From: Emiliania huxleyi CCMP1516
Lineage: Eukaryota
NCBI RefSeq assembly: GCF_000372725.1
Contig: NW_005202113.1
Location: 248,001 to 312,000, forward strand
Direction of reading: 5' to 3'
DNA length: 64,000 bases
Under the pieces are notes generated by a model. That model was given only the letters and a program-made list of their open reading frames with translations, was not told the DNA's origin and ran no database searches. Of the stretch, positions 1 to 10,764 are shown in pieces. How positions within the stretch are numbered: position 1 is the first letter of the stretch; every line of letters starts with the position of its first letter. Made by a program: the position numbers and the translations under genes.

Positions 1-822
1 GACCGTCAGCGCTCCGACAAACACCGTGTTCTTGCCGACGGCGAAGGTCGGGTAGAAGGGCGTGCGCGCGTCCCAAGTCAGCCCCTCCGCGAAGGGCTCC
101 CAGCCCTCCGCGTCGCTCCCTCCGGAGCGCGAGAGGAGCACCGACGAGACAGCGCTCACCCACGGCAGCGCCGCGAGGACCAGCTTCTTGCCCGCGTCGA
201 GGGCGACCAGGTCGTAGACGGGGCGGGTGAGCGACCGCGTCCAGCTTGCGCCGCCGTCGTGCGTCGCCCACACGCCTCCGTCGTCTCGCGAGTGGAAGTG
301 GGCGCGCGCGCCGACGAGGAAACTGGTCGGGCTCTGGATGACGATGGCGGATATGTAGTAGTTGGCGGGGAAGGCACCGAGCATCGCCCACGTCTTGCCG
401 GAGTCGCGCGACAACATCAGCCCGCCCCAGTCTCCGCTGTTGGCGGCCATCCAGTCCCAGCCCATCTCGCTCGACGTCGCGCCTCCGCAGCCGGCAACGA
501 CGGTGGCGCCGGCGGCCGCCATCGCAGAGATTGAGGTGCAGGCGACCGGCTGCCCGTCCAGCACCTGCTGCCAGTGCGGGCGCGGCGTCGCGAGGATGTC
601 AGGCGAACGCCAGATGCCGCCGTTCGCGGTGGCGACGAGCCATGCGGTGCCGTTGAGGTGTGCCATCGCCTGAGCGGCGCCTGCAGAAGCAATGCCCGTG
701 AAGGCGCCGGGCGTGGAGCCGGCGGTCGAGTACGAGCCAGGGCCAGCGTGGCCCCAGGGCGCGGGCGAAGAGGGCGTGTCGCACGGGAGGGCGGCGAACA
801 CGAAGGCGGGGAATGGCAACAT
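1..822 (-). CDS. BNR/Asp-box repeat beta-propeller protein (GH74/sialidase/VPS10-like fold), probably secreted; 3' end runs off the window
   Basis: Manual translation from ATG at 822 gives MLPFPAFVFAALP..., then LVATANGGIWRS, LMLSRDSGKTW and GVWATHDGGASW (S/T-x-D-x-G-x-x-W Asp-boxes). The frame is open to position 1, so it is missing from the ORF track. Confidence 0.75.
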   Translation of the reverse strand, partial: MLPFPAFVFAALPCDTPSSPAPWGHAGPGSYSTAGSTPGAFTGIASAGAAQAMAHLNGTAWLVATANGGIWRSPDILATPRPHWQQVLDGQPVACTSISAMAAAGATVVAGCGGATSSEMGWDWMAANSGDWGGLMLSRDSGKTWAMLGAFPANYYISAIVIQSPTSFLVGARAHFHSRDDGGVWATHDGGASWTRSLTRPVYDLVALDAGKKLVLAALPWVSAVSSVLLSRSGGSDAEGWEPFAEGLTWDARTPFYPTFAVGKNTVFVGALTV

Positions 823-1044
823 ACACACAGATATACCTGGGTAGCGGCGGCCCGGGAGTGCTTGTGTCTGTCGGTTGTCCTTGTGTTCACAGCGCCGATG
901 TGAGCGTTGTCAGAGCGGTGTTTCGACACCGATATCGTTCAAGGAGAACGCTGATTCAAAATCCGCTGTTCACACTTCACAGGTAAGTGTAATCCTTGTT
1001 ATTGAAGAAGAAAATACGTTCACACAAAAACACAACCACGGACC

Positions 1045-1654
1045 CAAGACGCACAAGCTCAGGCAGTCGAGAAAGGGATAGACCGCAACGACAGTCAGAA
1101 GTCAGCGCTGGGTCCCAGGGCGAATGCGATGACGGCCTCTAGTGTGAGCTCTAGCTAGTGAGCTCATCGCTACTATATGCATGCAGCGAGTTAGGAGCCG
1201 ACCGACCGACCCTCGCGTCCGGTGCTCACCGACGGCCGGGCGGGCCACCCGCCCACGCGCCGCCTACGCGCAGCGCGTGCGCCGCAAACTCGCCCGCCGA
1301 CAGCGCCGGCCAGTCGCCATCGGCCGTCGCGAGAGGCCTGCCCGGCTGTCGCCGCGGGGCCCCCACGAACACCACGCGTCGGATGCGGTGCCGCGCGAAC
1401 TCGCGCGCAAAGTGCACGCCCCACGCCCGCCGCAGCGTCGTAGCGAAGTAGGACCGCGCCTCCTTCGCGCTACGCGCGCCGATCCGCCTCCAGTGCTGCT
1501 TGGATGCCGAATCCACCACACAGTCGAACAGCTGGTGCAGGTCGTCCGACGCCTCCGCGTAGGCCCCGACAACGAGGCTGCGCACGGTGCCAAACGAGCG
1601 CAGCACGGAGGAAACGGCGTCCCTCGAGCCGTTGTTCCATGCCTGCACGTGCGT
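1045..1654 (-). mobile_element. 5'-truncated non-LTR retrotransposon remnant (CRE/RLE-type C-terminus) between 27-bp direct repeats
   Basis: ORF 1226-1723 contains GTVRSLVVGAYAEASDDLHQL...RRAWGVHFARE, resembling the end of a restriction-like endonuclease domain. Identical GTTCACACAAAAACACAACCACGGACC at 1018-1044 and 1655-1681. Confidence 0.6.
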
Positions 1655-1845
1655 GTTCACACAAAAACACAACCACGGACCACGCTCGCAAAAGAATTTC
1701 CCACCTTGTGCGTACTGGCACAACTAAAAAGAATGGAACCCACCAAAAGAAACATTGATTTGCCAACAACATACCTGTAAAAACCAAAAGAAACACTCGG
1801 GTTGCAAACGTGCCCGCTAGAGGCTGCCCCCCGAGGTATGTGTGT

Positions 1846-2963
1846 ATGTCCAGCGTCGACTTCGTGTGCTCCGAAGAGCAGGCCGCGCTGGTGGAGCAGG
1901 TCCGCGAGCAGACAGGGAGTGCAGAGCCTCGACATGTGCTCATGCGCTTTCTCGTCGCCCGCGACTGGGACACCGGTGCGGCAGTAAAGCAGCTGGCGGC
2001 GACAATGCGTTGGCGTGAGGAGCACAAGGTGGACCAGCATCGCCGGCCCACGCAAGGGCTGTGCGGCAAAGACACCAGCGACTGGCTGTCCTCAAGGCCG
2101 GACGGCCATCTCGTCGTGGGCGGAGTCGAGCTCTGGCCGGCCTTGCGGCAAATGGTGCTCGGAAACCATGAGGGAGCGTGGATCTTTTTCGGCAGCCCTC
2201 CCCCATTCTTCGGCCAGCCGCATGTCACGCCCTTCTCCTACGGTTGATATGCTGCTTGTTAGGTGGGCCGTGCATGGCGCTCGGGCACGATAAGCAGGGC
2301 CGGCCCATACACTTGCAGCGAGCGGGAGTCGCCAGTGGCAAGCGAATGGCGGAGGCGTGCGCGTATTTCGGGCGTGAGTGGCAGCAAGCCTTCATGTCGC
2401 GCAACATCTTCTTCCAGGAGTTGCAGGCGGCCCGCATGGAGGATGCGACACAGCGCTTTGGCCACCTGGTGACACAGCAGGTTGTCATCATGGACATGGC
2501 AGGCATGAGCTTCCGACCGGACCAGCGCGCGCTCACCATTTTCCGTGATTTTGCGGGCATGATGTCGCGAAACTACCCCGAGACCCTCTACAAGCAATTC
2601 ATCATTAACGCGCCAAGAGTGTTCAGCGCGATCTGGCGCATTGTGCGCGTTTGGCTGGACCCAAACACGCGAGAGAAGGTGCGCTACGTTCGGCCCAGGC
2701 ACACAGTTCTCCGCCCACCCACCTGCTCCTCTCGCCCGGTGCAGGTGCACGTACTGGGCTCCACCTTTGCACCAACGCTGCTGCAGCACATTGACGCGCA
2801 CCAGCTGCCTGTCGAGTACGGGGGCACCAGCCCGTACAAGTTCCCCGTGGTCAAAAGCATAGGGGAGGGCGAGGCTCTCTGGAAAGCTGTTGTCCAAGAG
2901 TTCAACGCGCCAGAGCTCTTGTCGGAGACGGGGTGGATGGCTGCGCCTACCCCTCTTGGTTAG
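1846..2963 (+). CDS. SEC14/CRAL-TRIO lipid-binding protein (spliced)
   Basis: LMRFLVARDWD...ATMRWR (CRAL-TRIO N domain), GHDKQGRPI, VIMDMAGM, NYPETLYKQFIINAPRVFSAIWRIVRVWLDPNTREKV and LPVEYGG. Intron near 2679-2744. Confidence 0.9.
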
Positions 2964-3284
2964 ACCGTTCACACCCACCGAGGTCATTAACGCTCTAATC
3001 AGTTAGTGCGCTTTCCGCCTGCTGCTTTCGAGTTTCGTCATTCGTGTCGTATCCGCCTGTTTTCGTATACGCTCGCCGATGGAGCAAGACATTCAAAACG
3101 GTTGATGAGTAACCTGTCGCATAGTTGACACTCTATACGATGTCTCAACTCTTTCCTGGTCCTAAACAGCCGCGTCCGTGCTGGCTCGCGCCGAAGAGCG
3201 CACACACGCCCTCTTCCTCGCCTCTCGCGCACACAAGACAACCAAACGCCCCTCCCTGATTGATAGATACGGCGGAGCAATGGC

Positions 3285-4411
3285 TCACGCGGCTGCTTGC
3301 ACGAGGCCCTTCTCGATCAACGAGTCGACAGCGTCCTTCAGCGCAACCTTGTACCCCTTCAGCTCCCCCAGCTCGGCGAGCGTGCGCGCCGAGTCCACCT
3401 TTCGCGCGGCGCCCTTCACCCCGGACGCGATGTTCTGCCCTTTGAGCGCGGCCACCGGGTGGTCCGGGTACAGCTCGGAGAGCGTCGCGAACACATCCTC
3501 GATCGTCACCATATCGGTGGCGATCAAGTAGCGGCCGTGGGCTGAGTCGTCGAGCATGCACTTGGCGTGAGCGGCGGCGACGTCTCCAACGTGGACGATC
3601 GCCAGGTCGGCCGCGCCCTTGAGGGTGTTTGTGCCCGACACGATGTCCTTGAGGCGCGTCATCGTTCCTGCGGTTGCATTCGACCAAGAGGTGAGAAGTT
3701 GGCGTGTGTAGCGCCGCTGAGGCGGGCCTGCGCGCCGTTGATGTTGGCCGAGGCGATCGGGCCGATGCACAGGTTGCCCGGCACGACGACACGCAGGTCG
3801 AGGCCGTTCTGCTGGGCAAAGTCCACCGCGGCCTTCTCCTGCTCCACCTTGCTCTTGACGTATGTGTAGTGCGTCGCCCACTGCGTCTCGAGGTTCTCCT
3901 TTGAGTCGTACACCTCCGGCTTGGACCACATCGTCTCGGTGAGCGTGCCCGAGTCGTTGCCGCACTCGACGGCCGCGAGCGAAGAGGTGAGGACGACCCG
4001 GCGCACTCCCGCCGCCTTGGCCGCCTCGAGGACCGTGAGCGTTCCCGACACCGCCGTCTTGAGGATGGCCTCGCGGTTGCCTGCCTCGAAGCCGTACTTC
4101 GGATGGACCGCCGCCATGTGGAAGAGGCCGTCGACGCCAGCGAGGGCCTTGACGAGCGCCGCAGAGTCGTCGAGCGAGGAAACCTCGACCACCTTGGCGC
4201 CGAGCGCTCCCACCTGCTCGCTGTAGGCCTTGGCGTCGCGCACAATGCCGAGCACGGTGTGGCCCTGGGCACAGAGGTCCTGGATCACTGCGCGGCGAGA
4301 GGCGGGACGGGGTGAGCGTCAGGGCGGCTCGAGGGTGCGATGTGCAGGGCGCAGCGCACGGTGGGCGGCGATGAAGCCATTGGAGCCTGTGATCGCGTAC
4401 GTAGAGGGCAT
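3285..4411 (-). CDS. NAD(P)-dependent epimerase/dehydratase, DFR/cinnamoyl-CoA reductase-like extended SDR (3 exons)
   Basis: Exon 1 MPSTYAITGSNGFIAAH (Rossmann motif), then FHMAA, VVLTSSLAAV, YVKSK (YxxxK), VHVGDVAAAH and GRYL. Confidence 0.9.
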
Positions 4412-4522
4412 GGTGAGGCTGTCGGAACGACTGGGACTTGCGCGCAATCTTGTCTCGCCTTCGCGGAGTTTTCCTCGCTTGGTCAGGAAGTTCATCAGAA
4501 GAAAAAAGAAAGAAACTACACG

Positions 4523-4606
4523 TGCACGCCCTCCGAGCGGGGCGGGGTCTGCCCGTCGGGTTGCTGCCCTAATCCCACCAGGGGTTGACTGCTCTATTTA
4601 TTTATT
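4523..4606 (+). repeat. Short dispersed element (LINE/SINE 3' end) with (ATTT)n tail; second copy at 35922-36015
   Basis: Both copies share TGCACGCCCT..GAGCGGGGCGGGGT and TGACTGCTCTATTTATTTATT. Confidence 0.6.
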
Positions 4607-4857
4607 ACATGCCTTAGGAAAATAATTTCCGCGGGTTGCTGCCTGCTAGGATTCCTAAAGGTACGCTTGATGCGAGTAGGAGTATGGGAGTGCCTTTGCT
4701 CTTCACAGATGCATTTCACTGAACTTCAACCCTGCAAGTTCCTTCCCTTTCCTCGCCATTTCCAGCGTGACTTGGACATTTTGCCCATCTTCCCACTGCC
4801 ACCTCTCGCCCCATCCGCAGCAGTAGACGAAGCACCTCGCCGCTGCCTCTCGCCATC

Positions 4858-7800
4858 ATGCAGCTCTCGCCAATCGACAACGTCACGCTCGCGTTTGGCG
4901 CGATCCTCGGCCTCGCGGTCGCGCGCACGCTGCCGAGCTGCGTATCGTACTACGCCTGGTTCAAGTCGTCCGGCCTCGACCTGGCCAACTACCGCGGGTA
5001 TGGTCACGGCGCCTGTCGGCTATTTGGCATCATCCCCGCCCCCTTCCTCTCCGTCCGAGCGATGGCCGTCTCCGGCGTCGCCTTCCTCGCCCTCATCGTC
5101 GCGCCTGCTGCGCCCGGGCTTCTCGCCGCTCCGTGGCGTGCTCCCGCATACCTCGCCGCGCTGGCATTTTACCACCTCTACTTTTCGCAGCTGTACTGCG
5201 AGGCCCACATCGGCGCGCACGTCACCGTCCTGATTCCTCCCGCCCTCATCCTCCTCGCGCTTAGTCCGGCCCTCGACGAGTCGCCCGGCGCGCCAGCAGA
5301 GGCGGCCGCCTTCACCTGCTGGCTGATGAAGATTATCCTCACCTCGGCGTACTGCGGTGCCGGTGTCTGCAAGATCACGCACTCGCTACGGTCGCTCGCG
5401 CGCGGCAGGAGTTCGTGGTGCACTGGCTCGACTCTCCAGGCGTTCATCTTTGAGGCCATGTTTCTCTCGACCCCGCGCACGCACAGCTCATTTGGCGTCC
5501 CCACCCCCTTCTCCTACACGCTCCAAAAGCTCCACCTGCTGTACCCGCGCACCCTCCTCATGCCCGCCTCTTTCGTCGCCGTCGCCTTTGAGACGTTCGC
5601 TCCGCTCATGCTCCTCGCGCCGGCGCACATCGCCTCGGTCCCCTTTGCACTCGTCGGCCTCAAGTTTCACTACGGCATCGCGCTCCTGCAGAACATTGAC
5701 TTCGTCTCCTGGTGGGCGGCGGCGTACGCCTTTCTGCTCGCCGATCCCGCCGCGTGGAGCAGCGGCCTCCTCGTCTGCCCGGTCGACGGAGGCGCCGCGC
5801 TCGGCCTGGCCGCAACCGTGTCGGCGGCGCTCGAGACTGCGCCGCTCCGCGCATCGCTCGCGCTCGCCTACGTCTCGATCCATGTCGCCGCGACTGTGTT
5901 GCTCCGCTTCTTCCCGGACGTTGAAATCTTGCCCCTCTCGTCCTTCCCCATGTTTGGGACGCCGCAAAACGTGTTTGACCGGAGGCTTCGCAAGCATTTC
6001 TGGCTGACGCACAAGCCGCACGCGACGGGGACTCTGAAGAACTACGCATTCCCGTTCACGCGCCCACACACGGTATTGCCCGAGGAGATTGCAAAGCTGC
6101 CGTTCAACTACCTTCTCCTCAGCCACGGCGGCAGCGAGAAGCCAGAGCTTCACTCCAACGTCGAGGTGACACCCGAGCTGCAGGTTTGCGGCGCAACCCC
6201 GTGCGGTGATCCTCCTCCACCCCTCCCCCCCTTCTCACATGCCCCCGTCGCCGCTTTCACAGGCGGCGCTCGACAAGATCCAGAGCCTTGGCAACCAGGA
6301 GCCGGACACCTTCGCCACCGACTCGTCTGCCGCACCGGCGATTCTCCTCGCTCTCGAGCAAGCCAAGGCGGCCTTCGACGCCGCACCTCGCGTCGCGCCC
6401 GAAGCCCCGCTGGTCGCCGCCACCCCACTCACCGAGGCCGCACTCGCCAGCGATGACACTGACAGCGCGGCTCGCGAGCTGCCGAGCACGACCGCTTGGG
6501 CGGTGCCCAGCGAGCTGCCCCTCGGCGAGCGGCTGCGGCTTTGCCTCGTCCGCTCCGTGATCAGCGCGGCGATTGCCCTCTTCAGCGCGGTGGATTTGAT
6601 TTTCGTCGGCGTTTTTGCCGCCAGAGACGCCGCACGCCGGGCGATCTTTGGTGGGCCTGCCCGCGCCGGAGCATGCAAGCCTGCGGTTGTCGTTGTTGGC
6701 GGCTCGTTTGCGGGGCTGAGGGTTCAGCGCGATCTGTCCGCAGACTTTGACGTGACGCTCATCGATCCCAAGGAGTATTTCGAGTACACGCCGGGCGTGC
6801 TCCGCCTCTTCACGCAACCGCACAAGCTGCTCGCCCTCACGGCGCAGCTGCCGCGAAAGCACAACCGGTTGATCGTGGGCGAGGCGACCTCCGTCTCCTC
6901 TGAGGTCGTGAGCGTGCGTGACGCTGCCACGGGCGAGACCGTCGAGCTTCCATACGACTACCTCGTGCTCGCGTGCGGCGCCGGCTACCCGTGTGCGACA
7001 GTCAAGCCGGCGATGGCTGAAACGACGCTTGAGGCGCGGCAGGCCACGTGGAACGCCGCGTCTACCACTCTCGTCGCCGCCAAATCGGTCGTCGTGGTCG
7101 GCGGCGGCTTGGTGGGCGTCGAGCTGGCGGCCGAGATCGTCGAGGCACACCCACGCAAGCCACTGACTTTGCTCACCGGCGGCGACGTCCTCTGCGGCAC
7201 CTTGCCGCGCAGCGTGGGGCGTGCGTCTCTCGCGTGGCTCGTCCAGCGCGGTGTGACGGTGCGCTTCCATGCGGCCGTCGACGACGTCGACACCGGCGCC
7301 GTGCGCCTCGCGAGCGGCGAGGTGCTTTGCGCCGACATCGTCTACGATTGCCGTGGCAATGGTCCCGGAAGGGCCGCGACCCTCTTGAAGGATGGGGCGG
7401 CGTCTGCGGCGACGGACGCCAAGGGTCGCGTCTTGGTCGACGAGACTCTCCGGTGCGCAGCGGGCAGCGGCCGCATCTTCGTCGCAGGGGATGCCATGAG
7501 CCTCCCATCGAGCGACGACCTCAAGCTTGGGCACACCGCCGAGCTCAACGCCGACGTGGTCGCAGACAACATCCGACACCTCTGCCACGCTGCCAAGGGT
7601 GGAGCCCAAGGTGTCGCGACCGGGCTGGCCACCTACCCATTCGGCGCCGTCGGCGCTTCGAAGACGCCGCGCGTCTCCTGCGTCTCGCTCGGCGAGGTCT
7701 ATGGCGTCCTCTCGTTCAACGGGCTTGTGATCGACGGCGCGCTCGCCGCTGTCGTCAAGGCGCTCCTCGAGTGGACCAAGATCGCCGCCTGCGCTGAGCG

Positions 7801-8362
7801 ACCAGTCGGCGTAGCGTTTTGGAAGTTTGGCGACGCGGCCGCCAACTGGATCTCTCGCACCATCCTGTCGCCGCCGCCGGCGGTGCGGCCACTAGTCCTC
7901 TACGACGGCGTCTGCCTGCTCTGCTCCACCTTTGTGCAGTTCGTCCTCGACAACGACGAGGAGGAGATCATCGACTTTGCTCCGCTGCAGGTACCGAGTC
8001 ACTCGTGCCGCGGCTCGTCCGTGCGTCGCCCCACTCACTAGCTGCCCGGCCCGCCTTGTCCACAGAGCGAGGTGGGCCTCAAGGCGCTCAAGCAGGCCGG
8101 CCTCGAGGCAGACCTCTCGACTATGGTCCTCATCGACGAGGCGGGAGCACACGTACGCTCGACTGCCGCTCTCCGCGTGCTCTCGCGCTGCGGAGCGCCC
8201 TTCTCGCTTCTGTATGCGCTCATCCTGCTCCCTCGCCCGCTGCGCGACCTGGGCTACTCGTGCGTCGCGGCGGTGCGGTACCGCCTCTTTGGCAAGGACG
8301 ACGGCGGCTCCTGCCGCCGCATGACAAAGGCGATGCGTGCGCGGTTCCTCGACCAGCGCTAG
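4858..8362 (+). CDS. Fusion protein: HTTM-like membrane domain + FSP1/AIFM2-like FAD/NAD(P)H oxidoreductase + DCC1/DUF393 thiol-disulfide oxidoreductase (exons 4858-6183, 6263-7990, 8066-8362; ~1116 aa)
   Basis: Two phase-0 GT-AG introns join three ORFs in frame. HTTM motifs AYCGAGVCKI..WCTG, FHYGIALLQNIDF, PLSSFPMF. Reductase motifs VVVVGGSFAG, YDYLVLACG, VVVVGGGLVGVELAAEI, IFVAGD. DCC1 motifs LYDGVCLLC, FAPLQ|S, STAALRV, PLRDLGY..VAAVRYRLFG. Confidence 0.8.
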
Positions 8363-8752
8363 CCAAGCTCCGCCCTGTTTCAAACTCGGGGCTTTGAGAG
8401 GGAGGACAAGAGATGCGAGATGCGATGGACAGAAGGCGTCGCTGAAGATGCCGAGTCAATTTGTACGTGCGTGGGAAGTTGTTACACACTAGTGCCGTGT
8501 GAGAGAAGTGCAGCTGCGCTCCTCCCCGTCTCTCTGGAATGTGGACCCGTACTAATATACAAGTCTTGTGTACAGTAGTGTTAGCGCCTTATGTGCCGTT
8601 TGCTTTGCTGAATGCTCTGCGTGCATATGCTACATACTGAACGTATCTGTTATCTGACCGCTGCCGATGAGACTGAGTGAGACGCGGTGCCGCGCCCCTG
8701 CTGCGCGCGTGTGCCCCCGCAGCTCCACATCGAATAACGAGCAATGACTCTG

Positions 8753-10304
8753 TCAGTCGTTGAGGGAAGCACGTAGTGAAAACGTGCTGAGGCCGCCCGT
8801 CTCAATCAGGAGGCTCATCACCTTGAACTTGTGCTCGCCGGAGGACGAGTTGCTCAAGACGGTCATCGTCAGCGTGCACGAGCCGCACCCGCCAACGTCC
8901 ACGGCCGTGACCTTGCGGCGCGGCGTCCAGACCAGCTCGACTCTGCGGACGTCGGTGACAGAGACCGAGCGCTTTGTCTCGTGTGCGTCGATTACGTCCG
9001 CCCTGCAGCGGCAGCGACCGCTGCAGCCCAGGCTGGCTCGGCCCATGTGTTCATAAGAGCGCAGGTACCCCACCCAGAGAGCGGTCCGCTGCGCTCCTCG
9101 CTCGGCCTTCTCGCCCGCGTCAGGCGCCGGGAAGCAGAAACCAATGGAAGAGCCGATGTCATTGGCCAGGTACCCGAGCTTGTCGGGCCCGCGGCCCTCG
9201 TCCGACGGCCCAAAGCCGTGCGCCCAAGACACCAGGGGGGAAAGGTGCTCGGCCCGAGCGCAGGTAGTCGCCGCAGCCTAGTATCAAAAAGGGCGTAGCT
9301 GGCACAGGCAACGCCGCATGCCTCGGGGGTGGGCGGCATGCCTGCCGGCCCGCTGCCCCGTACAGTGGGCTCGGCAGCGTCCGCGAGGGGGAGGCTGCAG
9401 CTCTTGCTGAGGCGGGTGTTGCCGCGCCAGCCGCGCACGCAGCATGCGAGTCCGCCCCGTCTGGGGCCGTGAGCAGGCGACGCAGCACCACCTCCGCCAG
9501 AATGGAGTGGCCATTGGCCCCAGGATGCTTGCAGTCGAGCATGAAGTCGGGGAGGGTCAGATCGCCCTTGCGAACGGCGTCGTACGTGGCAGCACGCATA
9601 GAAACTAGAGGGATGCGGTAGTGCCGGCAGAGCGCAGCGATTGCGTCCTCGTCGCTTTGGAGTGAGCAGCGAGGGTCGCGGAAGCGGCCGTCCTCGCCGT
9701 ACGACTGGGCGGCCCACTGTGTGCGATTCCGTCGCATGTCGATCTTCCCGGCCGAGGACCTTTTTCCGTTTGACCAGCACTTGCACGGGTTGCCGTCCCA
9801 CGGGCGAATGGCGCGCCAGCGGTGGTCATTCACCACAATCACCGCTGGCGCCCGGGGATCGGTGAGCAGAGCGCGCAGCATGCGCTCATAGGCGTGCGGT
9901 CGCCGGTCCGTGTTCACAGCATACTCCACGAGAACGAGGTCGACGTGGCCGCGCGGCAGATGCTGCTTCACGCAGTGCTCCATGTAGGTGGGTCCAGTGC
10001 CCGGGACGCCGCCGTTGAGCATCGAATGGTTGCTCGGGTGGAGCAGCCGCAACGCAGCCAAGATCTTCCTGTGGTACAGGTACCCCAGCCCTTTTTCGCT
10101 GCCTTTCATGGTCCGGTAGCTCGAGCCCGCCGTCACCGAGCCGCCGATGGCTGCCATTGCGAGACCCTCGCCACGGCGCAGCTTGGCGCGAAGGCAGGCG
10201 AGGCGCGAGTCGTCGCCGACGAGCTCGGTCGAGTTTGCGATCTGCGCCGCGCTGAGAAGCGGCTCTTTTCCTGGCCACACGACGCGCGCGTGGACCGTCG
10301 TCAT
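8753..10304 (-). CDS. SGNH/GDSL-like hydrolase (spliced; possible extra 5' exon to 10428)
   Basis: Blocks AIGGSVTAG, NGGVPGTGP, DLVLVEYAVN and DCKHPGANGH (DxxH). C-terminal exon GYLRSYEHMGRA...GEHKFKV. Confidence 0.8.
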
Positions 10305-10764
10305 GAACCGGCGGTGACGGCCGACCGACCGCGGCAAACTCGCACGTCACCAACCTAGCGAGACGCGAAGGCCACCCCACCACCCCCGCCGCCACCGCCG
10401 TGCCGCTGCGGCGGGATCTATCAGCCATCTATCTAAACAAAAGTTCTGTGAAACGAATCATGGGCCGTAGATACTGCAGCTTGTACTTGTGTTAGTGCCC
10501 AGAGCGCGCCAGTCCCGTGCCCAGTGCTATTCGACAGATTCTTTCCCGTTCGTTGAGAAAGAGGCTTGGGTACTTGCAGTGTAAGGGAAAATTTTCCTGT
10601 CCCGTGCCCTATGTACAAAAAGAAAGAAAATTGAAAAACGGAGGGAGGGTGCAATTGGAGCACTTGGAGTGCAGTCATTTCCACTACAGCTTCTTTTCCT
10701 CACGACCTTCCGGTAGGGATCCACGATTGTGATGTTAGAGGTGGGTTAAGAGGGAGATACGCGC

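Noticed and set aside
1138..1170. Helitron-like 3' end (GAGCTC hairpin + CTAG)
   Set aside because: Not followed by T, no matching 5' TC end or Rep/helicase, and it lies inside the retroelement remnant.
6257..7609. Long antisense ORFs (also 54349-56349, 40831-42438, 31367-32749, 23332-24825)
   Set aside because: Shadow frames of real genes caused by high GC3; no motifs of their own.
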